From Escherichia coli (GTDB lineage: Bacteria > Pseudomonadota > Gammaproteobacteria > Enterobacterales > Enterobacteriaceae), in the NCBI RefSeq assembly GCF_965641715.1, contig NZ_OZ282453.1: a DNA stretch of 64,000 nt; one strand, written 5' to 3'. Below are positions 1-10,301 of this stretch, one piece after another. A model generated the notes under the pieces. It searched no databases, was not told the DNA's origin, and saw nothing but the letters and a program-made list of their open reading frames with translations. How positions within the stretch are numbered: the first letter of the stretch is position 1; each line of letters starts with the position of its first letter. A program made the translations under genes and the position numbers.

Positions 1-478
1 GTGGCAACGCTAATTTAGCCGGACGATAGTACAGTTTAATGCGGCTGATAATTGCGAGCTGTAGCGTATTCTCAGTCAATTTTGATTTATCCATTGACGG
101 AATCGCTTTAACGTTCATCCAGAATAAACTTTCCCGGTCCTGTGGCAATTGGTTATTTGTTGCATCAAGAATACGCAAGGTATTCTCTTTTTTTCCCTTC
201 ATCGCAAATAGAGGAGGCGTCACGATAAAACGACCATCCTTTACACCATCGGCATTTTCCACCCATGATTGAATTAAATAGGTACTATTTTCATCATTAT
301 TTGTCACGGCAAGTTGCACTTGTTTTTGCCCTGCCGGATAAATTACGCGAGTCGCACCTAAGGCCACTCCCGCTTCAGCACGTCCGGCAACCATCATTGC
401 CATGAACATCAGGATACCTGCCAGCAAGCAGAATGTTATTTCCTGCGATTTCCTTACATTGACGTTTTTATTACTCAC
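1..478 (-). CDS. fimC: Type 1 fimbrial periplasmic chaperone FimC, N-terminal part (GTG start at 478; 3' end runs off the window)
   Basis: Minus-strand translation from 478 reads [56 protein letters not shown]..., matching FimC; sits downstream of fimI as in the fim operon. Confidence 0.9.
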   Translation of the reverse strand, partial: MSNKNVNVRKSQEITFCLLAGILMFMAMMVAGRAEAGVALGATRVIYPAGQKQVQLAVTNNDENSTYLIQSWVENADGVKDGRFIVTPPLFAMKGKKENTLRILDATNNQLPQDRESLFWMNVKAIPSMDKSKLTENTLQLAIISRIKLYYRPAKLALP

Positions 479-514
479 TGTCCTGTTCCTGTTATCACAT
501 TATCTGCTGAACAA

Positions 515-1054
515 TTACTGATAGGTTAAAGAGAACCAGGCCTGGGCATTGGCGATGCCGCCAGTAACCCGACGCCCGGTAGCACGATATTTGGCGATGA
601 AATGTAGCGAAGTAGAGCCTGAGTAAAGCCGTTTCCAGTTTGCTGGAGGACGATTAATCGGTACGAGGTTTCCTTCATCATCAAACAACGCTACGCCAAT
701 ATTGGTGGCTATCCCTGGCCCCTCTCCCACGGAAAGCACATCCGGATTTTTACCATCCGCGACACCGTGAAACGCCACCCCCACACGTTCACTCACCACC
801 GTGCTACATTCCCGTAAATGAATAACAAAAGGCACCGGTGCGCTATCTTCCCCTACCGCATGAAACCGGTTACTGCTGATTTGCCCCATATTGACCGTCA
901 TTTGTTTATCACCGGCTTCAATCCGGCAAGTTTCCGCAATAATGACGCCCTGAAATTGCATATTTCCGCCGGGCAACGTGGTATTCCATTTATTTCCGGC
1001 CAGAGCAAACATTGGCAGCAACGACGCTAATAGAAATAATCTCTTCCTTTTCAT
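515..1054 (-). CDS. fimI: Fimbrin-like protein FimI (179 aa from the internal ATG at 1054; the ORF track extends to 1186)
   Basis: Product [30 protein letters not shown]... ends ...AWFSLTYQ; pilin fold; position between fimA and fimC. Confidence 0.9.
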
Positions 1055-1118
1055 CGTTATTTTTATCGCACAAGGGTGGGCATCCCTGCCCGTAATGACG
1101 TCCCTGAACCTGGGTAGG

Positions 1119-1667
1119 TTATTGATACTGAACCTTGAAGGTCGCATCCGCATTAGCTGCGCCAGGGGTTGCGACACCAATTGCATAATAACGCGCCTGG
1201 AACGGAATGGTGTTGGTTCCGTTATTCAGGGTTGTTTGTGCACTAAATGACGCACCATCCAGCGCCAACGCAGCTCCTGTTTTATCCAGGATCTGCACAC
1301 CAACGTTTGTTGCGCTACCCGCAGCAGAACTCTGCAGAGCCAGTACGTTGGTATGATTCGTGTCAATTGTTGTACCTAAGAAGGCAACAGCAGCTTTGCT
1401 TGCAACATCGGTATCGCAATCATTCAGCTGAATGTTAAAACCGACAGCAGAGCTGGTCGCTCCATCCTGGTCCAGCGAAGCGGTACGAACCTGACCTAAC
1501 TGAACGGTTTGATCAACAGAGCCTGCATCAACTGCGCAAGCGGCGTTAACAACTTCCCCTTTAAAGTGAACGGTCCCACCATTAACCGTCGTGGCAGCGG
1601 CCAGAGCCGCTGTAGAACTGAGGGACAGAGCCGACAGAACAACGATTGCCAGAGTTTTAATTTTCAT
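1119..1667 (-). CDS. fimA: Type 1 fimbrial major subunit FimA (182 aa from the ATG at 1667)
   Basis: [49 protein letters not shown]... ends ...ATFKVQYQ; the ORF-track start at 1724 is an upstream in-frame extension. Confidence 0.95.
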
Positions 1668-1786
1668 GCTGCTTTCCTTTAAAAAAACTATTTCTAAATC
1701 GACATGGGCAGTCGTTCTGTACACTTTGTTTTGTCAACGAGTTTGACTGCCAACACTGCACAGTTTTCCCCCAAAAGATGAAACAT

Positions 1787-1795
1787 TTGGGGCCA
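1787..1795. repeat. fimS 9-bp inverted repeat, fimA-proximal
   Basis: TTGGGGCCA. Confidence 0.9.
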
Positions 1796-2051
1796 TTTTG
1801 ACTCATAGAGGAAAGCATCGCGCACAAACTTTTTCAGTTTATTTGTTGGCTTAATATTCTATTGTTATCTTTATTTATAGATTTTTATATTGCATGAGGT
1901 GGTTTTTGGAGAGAAGAATGAGGAAGATGCGTCGAGCCACAGAAACGTTAGCTTTACATATAGCGGAGGTGATGTGAAATTAATTTACAAGAGAAATAAT
2001 TTACATATCAAACAGTTAGATGGTTTTTGTCGTTTTTTAAAATTTTTATGC

Positions 2052-2081
2052 TTGAGAAAAAATACGTAACTTATTTATGAT
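2052..2081 (+). promoter_or_regulatory. Sigma-70-like promoter inside fimS (TTGAGA-N18-TATGAT), reading toward fimE in this assembly
   Basis: -35-like TTGAGA at 2052-2057 and -10-like TATGAT at 2076-2081; no comparable promoter found reading toward fimA at the other end of the switch. Confidence 0.5.
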
Positions 2082-2091
2082 ATGGACAGTT

Positions 2092-2100
2092 TGGCCCCAA
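2092..2100. repeat. fimS 9-bp inverted repeat, fimE-proximal
   Basis: TGGCCCCAA, the reverse complement of 1787-1795. Confidence 0.9.
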
Positions 2101-2147
2101 TTGTCTTGTATTTATTTTTTTTTTAACTTTATTATCAATAAGTTAAA

Positions 2148-2744
2148 TCAAACCTCTTCTCTTTTTAATTTTTCGTTTATGAGATTATTTCTTTCCCATA
2201 ATCCGGCAAAACGAGCAGCATTACTGGCGGTATAACGTACAGTATGGCGAATATTTCGATGCCCGAGATAATCCTGAATTAAACGAGTATCTGCACCACG
2301 CTCCGCCAGTTCATAACCGCAAGCATGCCTTAACATATGAGGATGAGTCTGCGTTACGGTTCCAGCTTCAATACCGGCATCGCGAATAATGCGATAGGCC
2401 TGCTGGCGAGAAAGCCGACTCCCGCGGCGAGAAATAAATATAGCGTCGGTCCGGTCAGCGCCTTTCCAGTTAGCACGTTCCTGGGTCCAGCGTTCCACAG
2501 CTTCACGCTCATCAAAACGTAACGGGTGAACGGTAGAAAATCCGTTCTTCAGTCGGCGAATATTTATTCGACCTTCATTAAGGTCAAGATCCTGATAATG
2601 CAGATCAAGTAGTTCACTAATACGCATCCCATGCCGATATGCCAACAGAATAAGGCAATAATCTCTGGCTCCCGTTGCCCCGTAACAAACCGCCTGCATC
2701 ATGGCCTGAACTTCTTTACCGGTAAGATAACGACGTTTACTCAC
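2148..2744 (-). CDS. fimE: Tyrosine recombinase FimE (fim switch ON-to-OFF recombinase)
   Basis: 198 aa, MSKRRYLTGKEVQAMMQAVCYGATGARDYCLILLAYRHGMRISELLDL..., with the HxxR...Y recombinase C-terminus (LGHRNIRHTVRYT). Confidence 0.95.
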   Translation of the reverse strand: MSKRRYLTGKEVQAMMQAVCYGATGARDYCLILLAYRHGMRISELLDLHYQDLDLNEGRINIRRLKNGFSTVHPLRFDEREAVERWTQERANWKGADRTDAIFISRRGSRLSRQQAYRIIRDAGIEAGTVTQTHPHMLRHACGYELAERGADTRLIQDYLGHRNIRHTVRYTASNAARFAGLWERNNLINEKLKREEV

Positions 2745-3221
2745 AATAGTAGTACTCCTAACTGAGATATATTTGAATGAATACCTATAGGAAACCTCAA
2801 TCGGTCAAAATTAGCCCAATAGATAAAAAGATAACCACACACGAAGTGATATGGCTATCAGTCAATTACATTAAATATCATACAAAAATAAAATATCACT
2901 GATGTGATAACATCTATTTTCATTGATTTGATTCAATATAACAATAGATTGCAGTGGATTAACTTCCAGTTGCTTAAAAAATAAAGAAAAAAGTGCAGAA
3001 ACAGGAGAATTTAAGTGATGTGTAAATTTATGAATGATTTTGTTTATTTATTTTGAAGAACATAAACCATTGTATTTTGTGTGGATATGGTTAACTTAAT
3101 GTTTATTATGAAAATTAATAATCACACTTACAATAACATCAATTAATAAATGGTTAATCATTTTTGATATATCGTAAGAATAATGTAGTTTTTAACACCA
3201 TCCCTGGTATCTCAACTATCT

Positions 3222-3824
3222 CTATAAAACAGCGTGACGCTGTCGTCCTCTGGCTCTATCCCAGATGCCGTAAAAACGCCCTGCATTGCTGGCGGTATAC
3301 CAGACAGTATGACGAATATTGCGATGCCCAAGATAATCCTGGATAAGTCGCGTATCTATTCCCATATTCGCCAAAGCAAAACCACACGAATGGCGTAACA
3401 TGTGCGGATGAATCTCCAGTGACAACCCGGCATTACCACCGGAAGTCGAGATAATATGGTAAAACTGTTGCCGAGAAAGCGGATTTCCCTTACGTGATAA
3501 AAATACCCACTCGCTCTCAGCATGCGGGTACGAAGTACGGATACTCAACCAGTTTTTTAAAGCCTGAACTTCTTTGTTCAATAGCGGATGCGTTGTTGAA
3601 AAGCCTTTTTTTAATCGATGGATATATATACACTTTGCCTTAAGATCAATATCCGAAATCCTCAATCGACAAATTTCACTCGCCCGGAAACCATGAATAA
3701 AACAAAGCAAAGTCAGACAATAATTACGTGCTGCATGAGGCCCGGTATTTGCTGCTTTAAGGAGTGATTCGATTTCACTATGGGTCAGGAAGTTCCTTTT
3801 TTTGTTATCAGCCTTATTCTTCAT
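3222..3824 (-). CDS. fimB: Tyrosine recombinase FimB (bidirectional fim switch recombinase; 200 aa from the ATG at 3824)
   Basis: MKNKADNKKRNFLTHSEIESLLKAANTGPHAARNYCLTLLCFIHGFRASEICRL...; paralogue of FimE upstream of it. Confidence 0.95.
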   Translation of the reverse strand: MKNKADNKKRNFLTHSEIESLLKAANTGPHAARNYCLTLLCFIHGFRASEICRLRISDIDLKAKCIYIHRLKKGFSTTHPLLNKEVQALKNWLSIRTSYPHAESEWVFLSRKGNPLSRQQFYHIISTSGGNAGLSLEIHPHMLRHSCGFALANMGIDTRLIQDYLGHRNIRHTVWYTASNAGRFYGIWDRARGRQRHAVL

Positions 3825-4834
3825 CGTTTTTCCCTTATAATTACAGACGCGCACTAGCTGTGCTGGGTTAGCAATAATCCAACATTTTTATCCTGATTAT
3901 GTTTATAAAAGCGAACGTTTGCTTAATAACTAACGTAAGTGGACCAGTTCTTCTGAGTGAACTTAAATGGAGTAGCAACAGTTAATTATAATAACGTTGC
4001 CATACAAACGCTATGCTCTTGCATGCTATGTACCTTTATATATTTATCAATCGGATACGAATCTAATAATAACCCTCATCATTAATGCAACTAATCTTAT
4101 CTATATATCATGTGATATGTTCTGTAACAAGTAAAATCAACATAAAAAATTCAGCAAAATTTAATATTCGTTCAACTAGCCGTCTCACATATGACATTAT
4201 TAGTCAACTCCATTTGCCACAAAATGGCTATTTCATGGAACGCAGTAATTTCTTAGTGGCTATTATCATGCTAATTCTTAGGTCCCTAGCGATTATTCCT
4301 GGCTGGTTCGTCAGTTTAGGCCATGAGATTGTTACATTCCTTTTTATCATGGAGATATGGGGGAAAGCAGGAAACGATTTTTTCATCTACATTCGTTGGT
4401 AAATATAGCTTTGGTCACTACGACTTAAACCTTCCTCAATCACAGGTATTCGCCGGGCGATACGGCAAACAAACTAAGTGAAACATCATCCTGAAAACAC
4501 CAACATCAACAAGCCTCTCCAGATCGACTTCAGAAGTGACCAGTTACAAGCCACAAACCAGGAAACATATTTCATGATGAGAATTATGCTCAGCCTGATG
4601 GCGGGTAAACACTGATTTTCACCAAGCTCACTGAGTTAGCTTGCAAAGCTTTCCTTGTTTAGACTCTAAATAAATTATTTATAAAACAAATAGTTAAACG
4701 AAGATCTTTAGTTTTTGAAGACCACCGCAAGTGTTCGTCTGGCTTCACATGGCATCTTCCTCTTAGAAAAAGATCGACATATTTTGTGACACGAATTGCA
4801 AATCTGGTTTTGTTGTATGGATTGCGTGATTTTT

Positions 4835-4858
4835 GATCTGGTATAACAGGTATAAAGG
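4835..4858. promoter_or_regulatory. NanR-type operator (GGTATA hexamer repeats) with an adjacent Dam GATC site in the fimB-nanC intergenic region
   Basis: GATCTGGTATAACAGGTATAAAGG: GATC followed by two GGTATA repeats and a partial third; NanR is known to act on fimB and nanC from this region. Confidence 0.55.
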
Positions 4859-5278
4859 TGAACCACGATAGACAATGAGACAGGGCATCTCGCAATCTAT
4901 GGCAAACATCACTTCAGTTCTTTCTCATCGGGTGATGAAAACGCACTTCAGTCTGAAAGGAATATGAAAATGAGATCAACAGACACTCTATTTTATGACT
5001 CTGGGTAAAATGAATTGAGTAAGTGATCTAGCTTACGAACATTCAAATCAATTAAACATCAGAATAGATTTTATACTCAAGTATTTAATCTGGCTCTCTG
5101 TTTATTTAAATAATGTGGAAAGAGATTTTTCACAGGAGACATTATACAAAAAATATAAAATACAGCTATCGGTTGCCAAAGACACTATAAGCCTGGCAAA
5201 AAATATTACACAACATAAATGCTAATTGTTTATGCGGGCTTTGTATTGCTTTCTGTATCCTACAAATGAGTGAAATTT

Positions 5279-5995
5279 ATGAAAAAGGCTAAAATACTTT
5301 CTGGCGTATTATTACTGTGCTTTTCGTCACCATTAATTTCTCAGGCTGCAACACTTGACGTACGTGGTGGATATCGTAGTGGAAGCCACGCCTATGAGAC
5401 TCGACTCAAAGTCAGTGAGGGATGGCAAAATGGATGGTGGGCAAGCATGGAAAGTAATACCTGGAATACCATTCATGATAATAAAAAGGAAAATGCCGCA
5501 CTCAATGATGTTCAGGTTGAAGTTAATTACGCAATTAAACTTGATGATCAATGGACGGTGCGCCCGGGAATGTTAACGCATTTTAGCAGCAACGGCACAC
5601 GCTACGGACCCTACGTAAAACTGTCCTGGGACGCGACAAAAGATCTTAATTTTGGCATTCGCTATCGTTACGACTGGAAAGCTTACCGACAACAAGACTT
5701 ATCCGGTGATATGTCTCGTGATAACGTTCATCGTTGGGATGGATATGTCACTTACCATATTAATAGTGATTTCACCTTCGCATGGCAAACGACGCTATAC
5801 AGCAAACAGAACGATTATCGCTATGCAAACCATAAGAAATGGGCGACGGAAAATGCATTTGTTCTACAATACCATATGACGCCCGATATTACGCCATACA
5901 TAGAATATGACTACCTGGACCGTCAGGGTGTTTACAACGGCAGAGATAATTTATCGGAAAACAGTTATCGCATTGGTGTGTCATTTAAACTGTAG
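5279..5995 (+). CDS. nanC: N-acetylneuraminic acid outer-membrane channel NanC (238 aa from the ATG at 5279)
   Basis: MKKAKILSGVLLLCFSSPLISQA signal peptide, C-terminal ...YRIGVSFKL beta-barrel signature; divergent from fimB. Confidence 0.9.
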   Translation: MKKAKILSGVLLLCFSSPLISQAATLDVRGGYRSGSHAYETRLKVSEGWQNGWWASMESNTWNTIHDNKKENAALNDVQVEVNYAIKLDDQWTVRPGMLTHFSSNGTRYGPYVKLSWDATKDLNFGIRYRYDWKAYRQQDLSGDMSRDNVHRWDGYVTYHINSDFTFAWQTTLYSKQNDYRYANHKKWATENAFVLQYHMTPDITPYIEYDYLDRQGVYNGRDNLSENSYRIGVSFKL

Positions 5996-6014
5996 TAGAC
6001 AGGAGACAGTCACA

Positions 6015-7121
6015 ATGAATAAAACAATAACGGCGCTTGCTATCATGATGGCTTCATTTGCCGCAAACGCGTCTGTATTACCGGAAACTCCTGTGCCATT
6101 TAAAAGTGGTACCGGAGCAATTGATAACGACACTGTCTACATTGGTTTAGGTAGCGCAGGTACGGCATGGTACAAGCTGGAGACACAGGCCAAAGATAAA
6201 AAATGGACAGCGTTAGCTTCATTCCCTGGCGGACCAAGAGATCAAGCAACCTCGGCATTTATTGATGGTGATCTGTATGTGTTTGGCGGCATTGGCAAAA
6301 ATAGCAAGGGCTTGACTCAGGTATTTAATGACGTACACAAATACAACCCCAAAACCAATAGTTGGGTTAAATTGATGTCGCACGCACCGATGGGCATGGC
6401 GGGTCATGTGACTTTTGTACACAACGGCAAGGCTTATGTTACTGGCGGTGTTAACCAGAATATCTTCAATGGCTATTTTGAAGATCTCAACGAGGCTGGA
6501 AAAGATTCAGCCGCTATAGATAAAATCAACGCTCACTATTTTGACAAAAAAGCAGAAGATTATTTCTTCAATAAGTTTCTGTTGTCTTTTGATCCCTCAA
6601 CCCAGCAATGGAGTTACGCTGGCGAATCTCCCTGGTACGGAACGGCTGGTGCGGCGGTTGTGAATAAAGGTGATAAAACCTGGCTTATTAATGGCGAAGC
6701 CAAACCCGGATTGCGAACGGATGCCGTATTTGAACTTGATTTCACCGGTAATAATTTAAAATGGAATAAGCTTGCTCCCGTCTCATCACCAGATGGCGTC
6801 GCTGGCGGTTTTGCGGGGATAAGCAATGATTCTCTTATATTTGCCGGAGGGGCCGGATTCAAAGGTTCACGAGAAAATTACCAGAACGGTAAGAACTATG
6901 CGCATGAAGGCCTGAAAAAATCATATAGCACTGATATTCATCTTTGGCATAACGGGAAATGGGATAAATCGGGTGAATTATCGCAAGGTCGGGCCTACGG
7001 AGTATCATTGCCCTGGAATAATAGTCTATTGATTATTGGCGGTGAATCTGCAGGCGGCAAAGCGGTGACGGATTCAGTTTTGATCTCTGTGAAGGATAAT
7101 AAAGTTACAGTACAAAACTAA
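6015..7121 (+). CDS. nanM: N-acetylneuraminate mutarotase NanM (Kelch-repeat periplasmic protein)
   Basis: MNKTITALAIMMASFAANA signal peptide, repeated GG/Kelch motifs; AGGAGA ribosome-binding site before the ATG at 6015; the ORF-track start at 5907 is an extension into nanC. Confidence 0.9.
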   Translation: MNKTITALAIMMASFAANASVLPETPVPFKSGTGAIDNDTVYIGLGSAGTAWYKLETQAKDKKWTALASFPGGPRDQATSAFIDGDLYVFGGIGKNSKGLTQVFNDVHKYNPKTNSWVKLMSHAPMGMAGHVTFVHNGKAYVTGGVNQNIFNGYFEDLNEAGKDSAAIDKINAHYFDKKAEDYFFNKFLLSFDPSTQQWSYAGESPWYGTAGAAVVNKGDKTWLINGEAKPGLRTDAVFELDFTGNNLKWNKLAPVSSPDGVAGGFAGISNDSLIFAGGAGFKGSRENYQNGKNYAHEGLKKSYSTDIHLWHNGKWDKSGELSQGRAYGVSLPWNNSLLIIGGESAGGKAVTDSVLISVKDNKVTVQN

Positions 7122-7185
7122 CGCTTCAGGGCCCCAGTAAAGGGGCCCTGCTATCAATTTGTCATTTCAATTACGCGAAATTTAT

Positions 7186-8166
7186 ATGAACGCAATAATA
7201 TCGCCTGATTATTACTATGTTCTTACTGTTGCTGGTCAGTCTAATGCCATGGCGTATGGCGAAGGACTGCCATTACCGGACAGGGAAGATGCGCCTCATC
7301 CCAGAATTAAACAATTAGCGAGATTTGCGCATACGCATCCCGGAGGCCCGTCATGTCACTTTAACGACATTATTCCACTGACTCACTGCCCACACGATGT
7401 TCAGGATATGCAGGGTTATCACCATCCTCTGGCAACGAATCATCAAACACAGTACGGCACCGTTGGCCAGGCACTGCATATTGCACGGAAATTACTGCCC
7501 TTCATTCCTGATAATGCAGGGGTTCTCATCGTTCCATGTTGCCGTGGCGGATCGGCTTTTACCGCGGGCAGCGAGGGGACATATTCAGAACGGCACGGAG
7601 CCAGCCATGATGCTTGTCGTTGGGGAACGGATACTCCGCTGTACCAGGATTTAGTCAGCAGAACGCGAGCCGCACTGGCAAAAAATCCGCAGAACAAATT
7701 CCTCGGCGTATGCTGGATGCAAGGCGAATTTGACTTAATGACCAGTGACTACGCGTCACACCCTCAACACTTTAATCATATGGTTGAAGCCTTTCGTAGG
7801 GATCTAAAACAATACCATTCTCAGCTGAATAATATTACTGACGCGCCGTGGTTTTGCGGCGATACCACCTGGTACTGGAAAGAAAATTTCCCTCATGCGT
7901 ATGAAGCTATTTATGGCAATTATCAAAATAATGTTTTAGCTAATATTATTTTCGTCGACTTCCAGCAACAAGGTGCAAGAGGGCTAACGAACGCGCCTGA
8001 TGAAGATCCGGACGATTTAAGCACGGGATATTACGGTTCAGCGTACCGGTCACCGGAGAACTGGACGACGGCACTGCGAAGCAGTCATTTCAGCTCAGCA
8101 GCCCGTCGGGGGATTATTTCTGACAGGTTTGTAGAAGCAATTTTGCAGTTTTGGCGCGAAAGGTGA
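7186..8166 (+). CDS. nanS: 9-O-acetyl-N-acetylneuraminate esterase NanS
   Basis: MNAIISPDYYYVLTVAGQSNAMAYGEGLPLPD... (SGNH-type GQSN motif); third gene of nanCMS; a hairpin at 7128-7149 separates it from nanM. Confidence 0.9.
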   Translation: MNAIISPDYYYVLTVAGQSNAMAYGEGLPLPDREDAPHPRIKQLARFAHTHPGGPSCHFNDIIPLTHCPHDVQDMQGYHHPLATNHQTQYGTVGQALHIARKLLPFIPDNAGVLIVPCCRGGSAFTAGSEGTYSERHGASHDACRWGTDTPLYQDLVSRTRAALAKNPQNKFLGVCWMQGEFDLMTSDYASHPQHFNHMVEAFRRDLKQYHSQLNNITDAPWFCGDTTWYWKENFPHAYEAIYGNYQNNVLANIIFVDFQQQGARGLTNAPDEDPDDLSTGYYGSAYRSPENWTTALRSSHFSSAARRGIISDRFVEAILQFWRER

Positions 8167-8173
8167 GCGTTCA

Positions 8174-8824
8174 TTAATTTGATTTATTCGCATCCATCAG
8201 CGCTTTTAACTCCTCCGGCGTAAACGGTGGTTTGCGTCGGTGCAACATCGCATGGCAATTAGGGCACACAGGAAGTAAATCATTAACTGGATCCAGCTGG
8301 TAATCCTCTTTAATGGCTGAAAGCGGCACCAGGTGATGCATATGGATAAAACCCTCAGCGATATCGCCATAGATCTTCACCAGATCAACGCCGCATACGT
8401 TGCACTGGCATCCGTGATGTTCGACTGCTTTCTCGCGAGCTTTTTTATCGCGTTCATAGCGGTTTACCGTCACCTTTATCGCCGCACCTTCAACGTAGGT
8501 CCCCTGCGACGGCAACTCATCCGGGAACAGAACATCGGCTATGGGAGCCGCAGCGGCTTTATCCTGATGAATATGAAATCCCTGATCTATAAGTAGCTTG
8601 ACGCATTTAGATTTTATTCCGCCGGTGAAATCCGCAGGGGTAAATTGCGTCCCCGTCATCAATGTCGCTGCGATGCCAGCAATCGCCTTCGAGGGGTAAC
8701 GTCGGCCATGATATTCAATCTCATACAACCGCGCAGGCTGGAACTGATGAGTTTCTCCCGCATCCCATAAATGGATAGCTTCGATGATATACCGCCGCGG
8801 AAGATGGTCGGGAAGTTTATTCAT
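8174..8824 (-). CDS. HNH endonuclease-domain protein (216 aa) with an uncharacterised N-terminal domain
   Basis: C-terminal His-Me finger: HHGCQCNVCGVDLVKIYGDIAEGFIHMHHLVPLS...NDLLPVCPNCHAMLHRR; convergent with nanS, 8 bp apart. Confidence 0.6.
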   Translation of the reverse strand: MNKLPDHLPRRYIIEAIHLWDAGETHQFQPARLYEIEYHGRRYPSKAIAGIAATLMTGTQFTPADFTGGIKSKCVKLLIDQGFHIHQDKAAAAPIADVLFPDELPSQGTYVEGAAIKVTVNRYERDKKAREKAVEHHGCQCNVCGVDLVKIYGDIAEGFIHMHHLVPLSAIKEDYQLDPVNDLLPVCPNCHAMLHRRKPPFTPEELKALMDANKSN

Positions 8825-8903
8825 GGGGAATATCCTTATACGTTCTCAGAACAGGCAGCAAAAAAACAAATGAGATCAAGGTAATATATCTTCACTTGCA
8901 GGC

Positions 8904-9146
8904 TTGAACAGCAGAAAATTTGCGAGCATGATCGCAATTATTTCACTGCCAGGGATATCAATGGCTTCCAGTAAATCGCTACAGCAGGCAATTGCCAATA
9001 TAAAAATCTGGCACAAGGGTGAACAGCGCACGCCGCATAAGCCATTGTTATTGCTATACGTATTAGCGGGATACCTGAATGGACATCCGCACCTTTTCGA
9101 TTATTGTAGTGGAACAGTCTACGAGGATGCAGTTCGAAGTGAGTAA
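8904..9146 (+). pseudogene. Truncated 5' fragment of a gene paralogous to the HNH protein at 40750-41670
   Basis: Fragment ...LQQAIANIKIWHKGEQRTPHKPLLLLYVLAGYLNGHPHLFDYCSG aligns with N-terminal ALKQAISNITIWRKGEQRAPHKPLLLLHVLSHYRQGHGRLFNYGSE of the 306-aa protein; the ORF stops after 80 aa. Confidence 0.55.
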
Positions 9147-9202
9147 GTAAAGGTTGCTGGAAACGATCAATGCCGCCATACAATGATATTTGAGGATCAA
9201 CA

Positions 9203-9388
9203 ATGAGTAATAAAAACTACGAAAGTCACCGCAAAGCGATTGTTAGTAAAGGTATACCACCCGCTCTATTAAATAGGCTCACCAATTCGGATGTTCAGGT
9301 GATCAATACCTTCTTAACACGAGTGAGCAAACTGGAACTATCTCAACAAGAGAAAGACTGGATCATAAAAATCATCTCTATGGTTTAG
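9203..9388 (+). CDS. Small hypothetical protein (61 aa)
   Basis: ORF only; no recognisable motif. Confidence 0.25.
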   Translation: MSNKNYESHRKAIVSKGIPPALLNRLTNSDVQVINTFLTRVSKLELSQQEKDWIIKIISMV

Positions 9389-9406
9389 AGAATTTCAGCC
9401 TTGTAG

Positions 9407-10075
<669 letters not shown>

Positions 10076-10301
10076 GTGGCGGTAACACGGTCTCAACGAT
10101 ATGACGCTGCACACTACGATAAAAAAGAGGAGTTTAAAGATAAGATAAAGGGCGGCTTCAGGGGGATAAAATAGAATGTAATGCGCAGAAAACACGTATA
10201 AATTTCAAACAACGATGGTTAAAAAGTTAGCTGGGTCAACTCCCCCACACTGAGTCGGTGGAGGAGTATTCGTGATTAAGGGACGAAGGTTATAGACCGT
10301 G

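Larger units (their letters stand above)
1787..2100. promoter_or_regulatory. fimS: fimS invertible phase-variation switch (314 bp between 9-bp inverted repeats)
   Basis: TTGGGGCCA at 1787-1795 and its inverted copy TGGCCCCAA at 2092-2100, exactly 314 bp end to end, between fimE and fimA. Confidence 0.9.

Noticed and set aside
4085-4895. ORFs of 105 aa (4085-4402, plus strand) and 78 aa (4659-4895, minus strand) in the fimB-nanC intergenic region
   Set aside because: Very AT-rich, low-complexity products in a region known to be regulatory; no ribosome-binding site or conserved protein character
5907-6014. Upstream extension of nanM beginning inside nanC
   Set aside because: The ATG at 6015 has an AGGAGA ribosome-binding site and yields the expected signal peptide; the extension overlaps the nanC coding sequence
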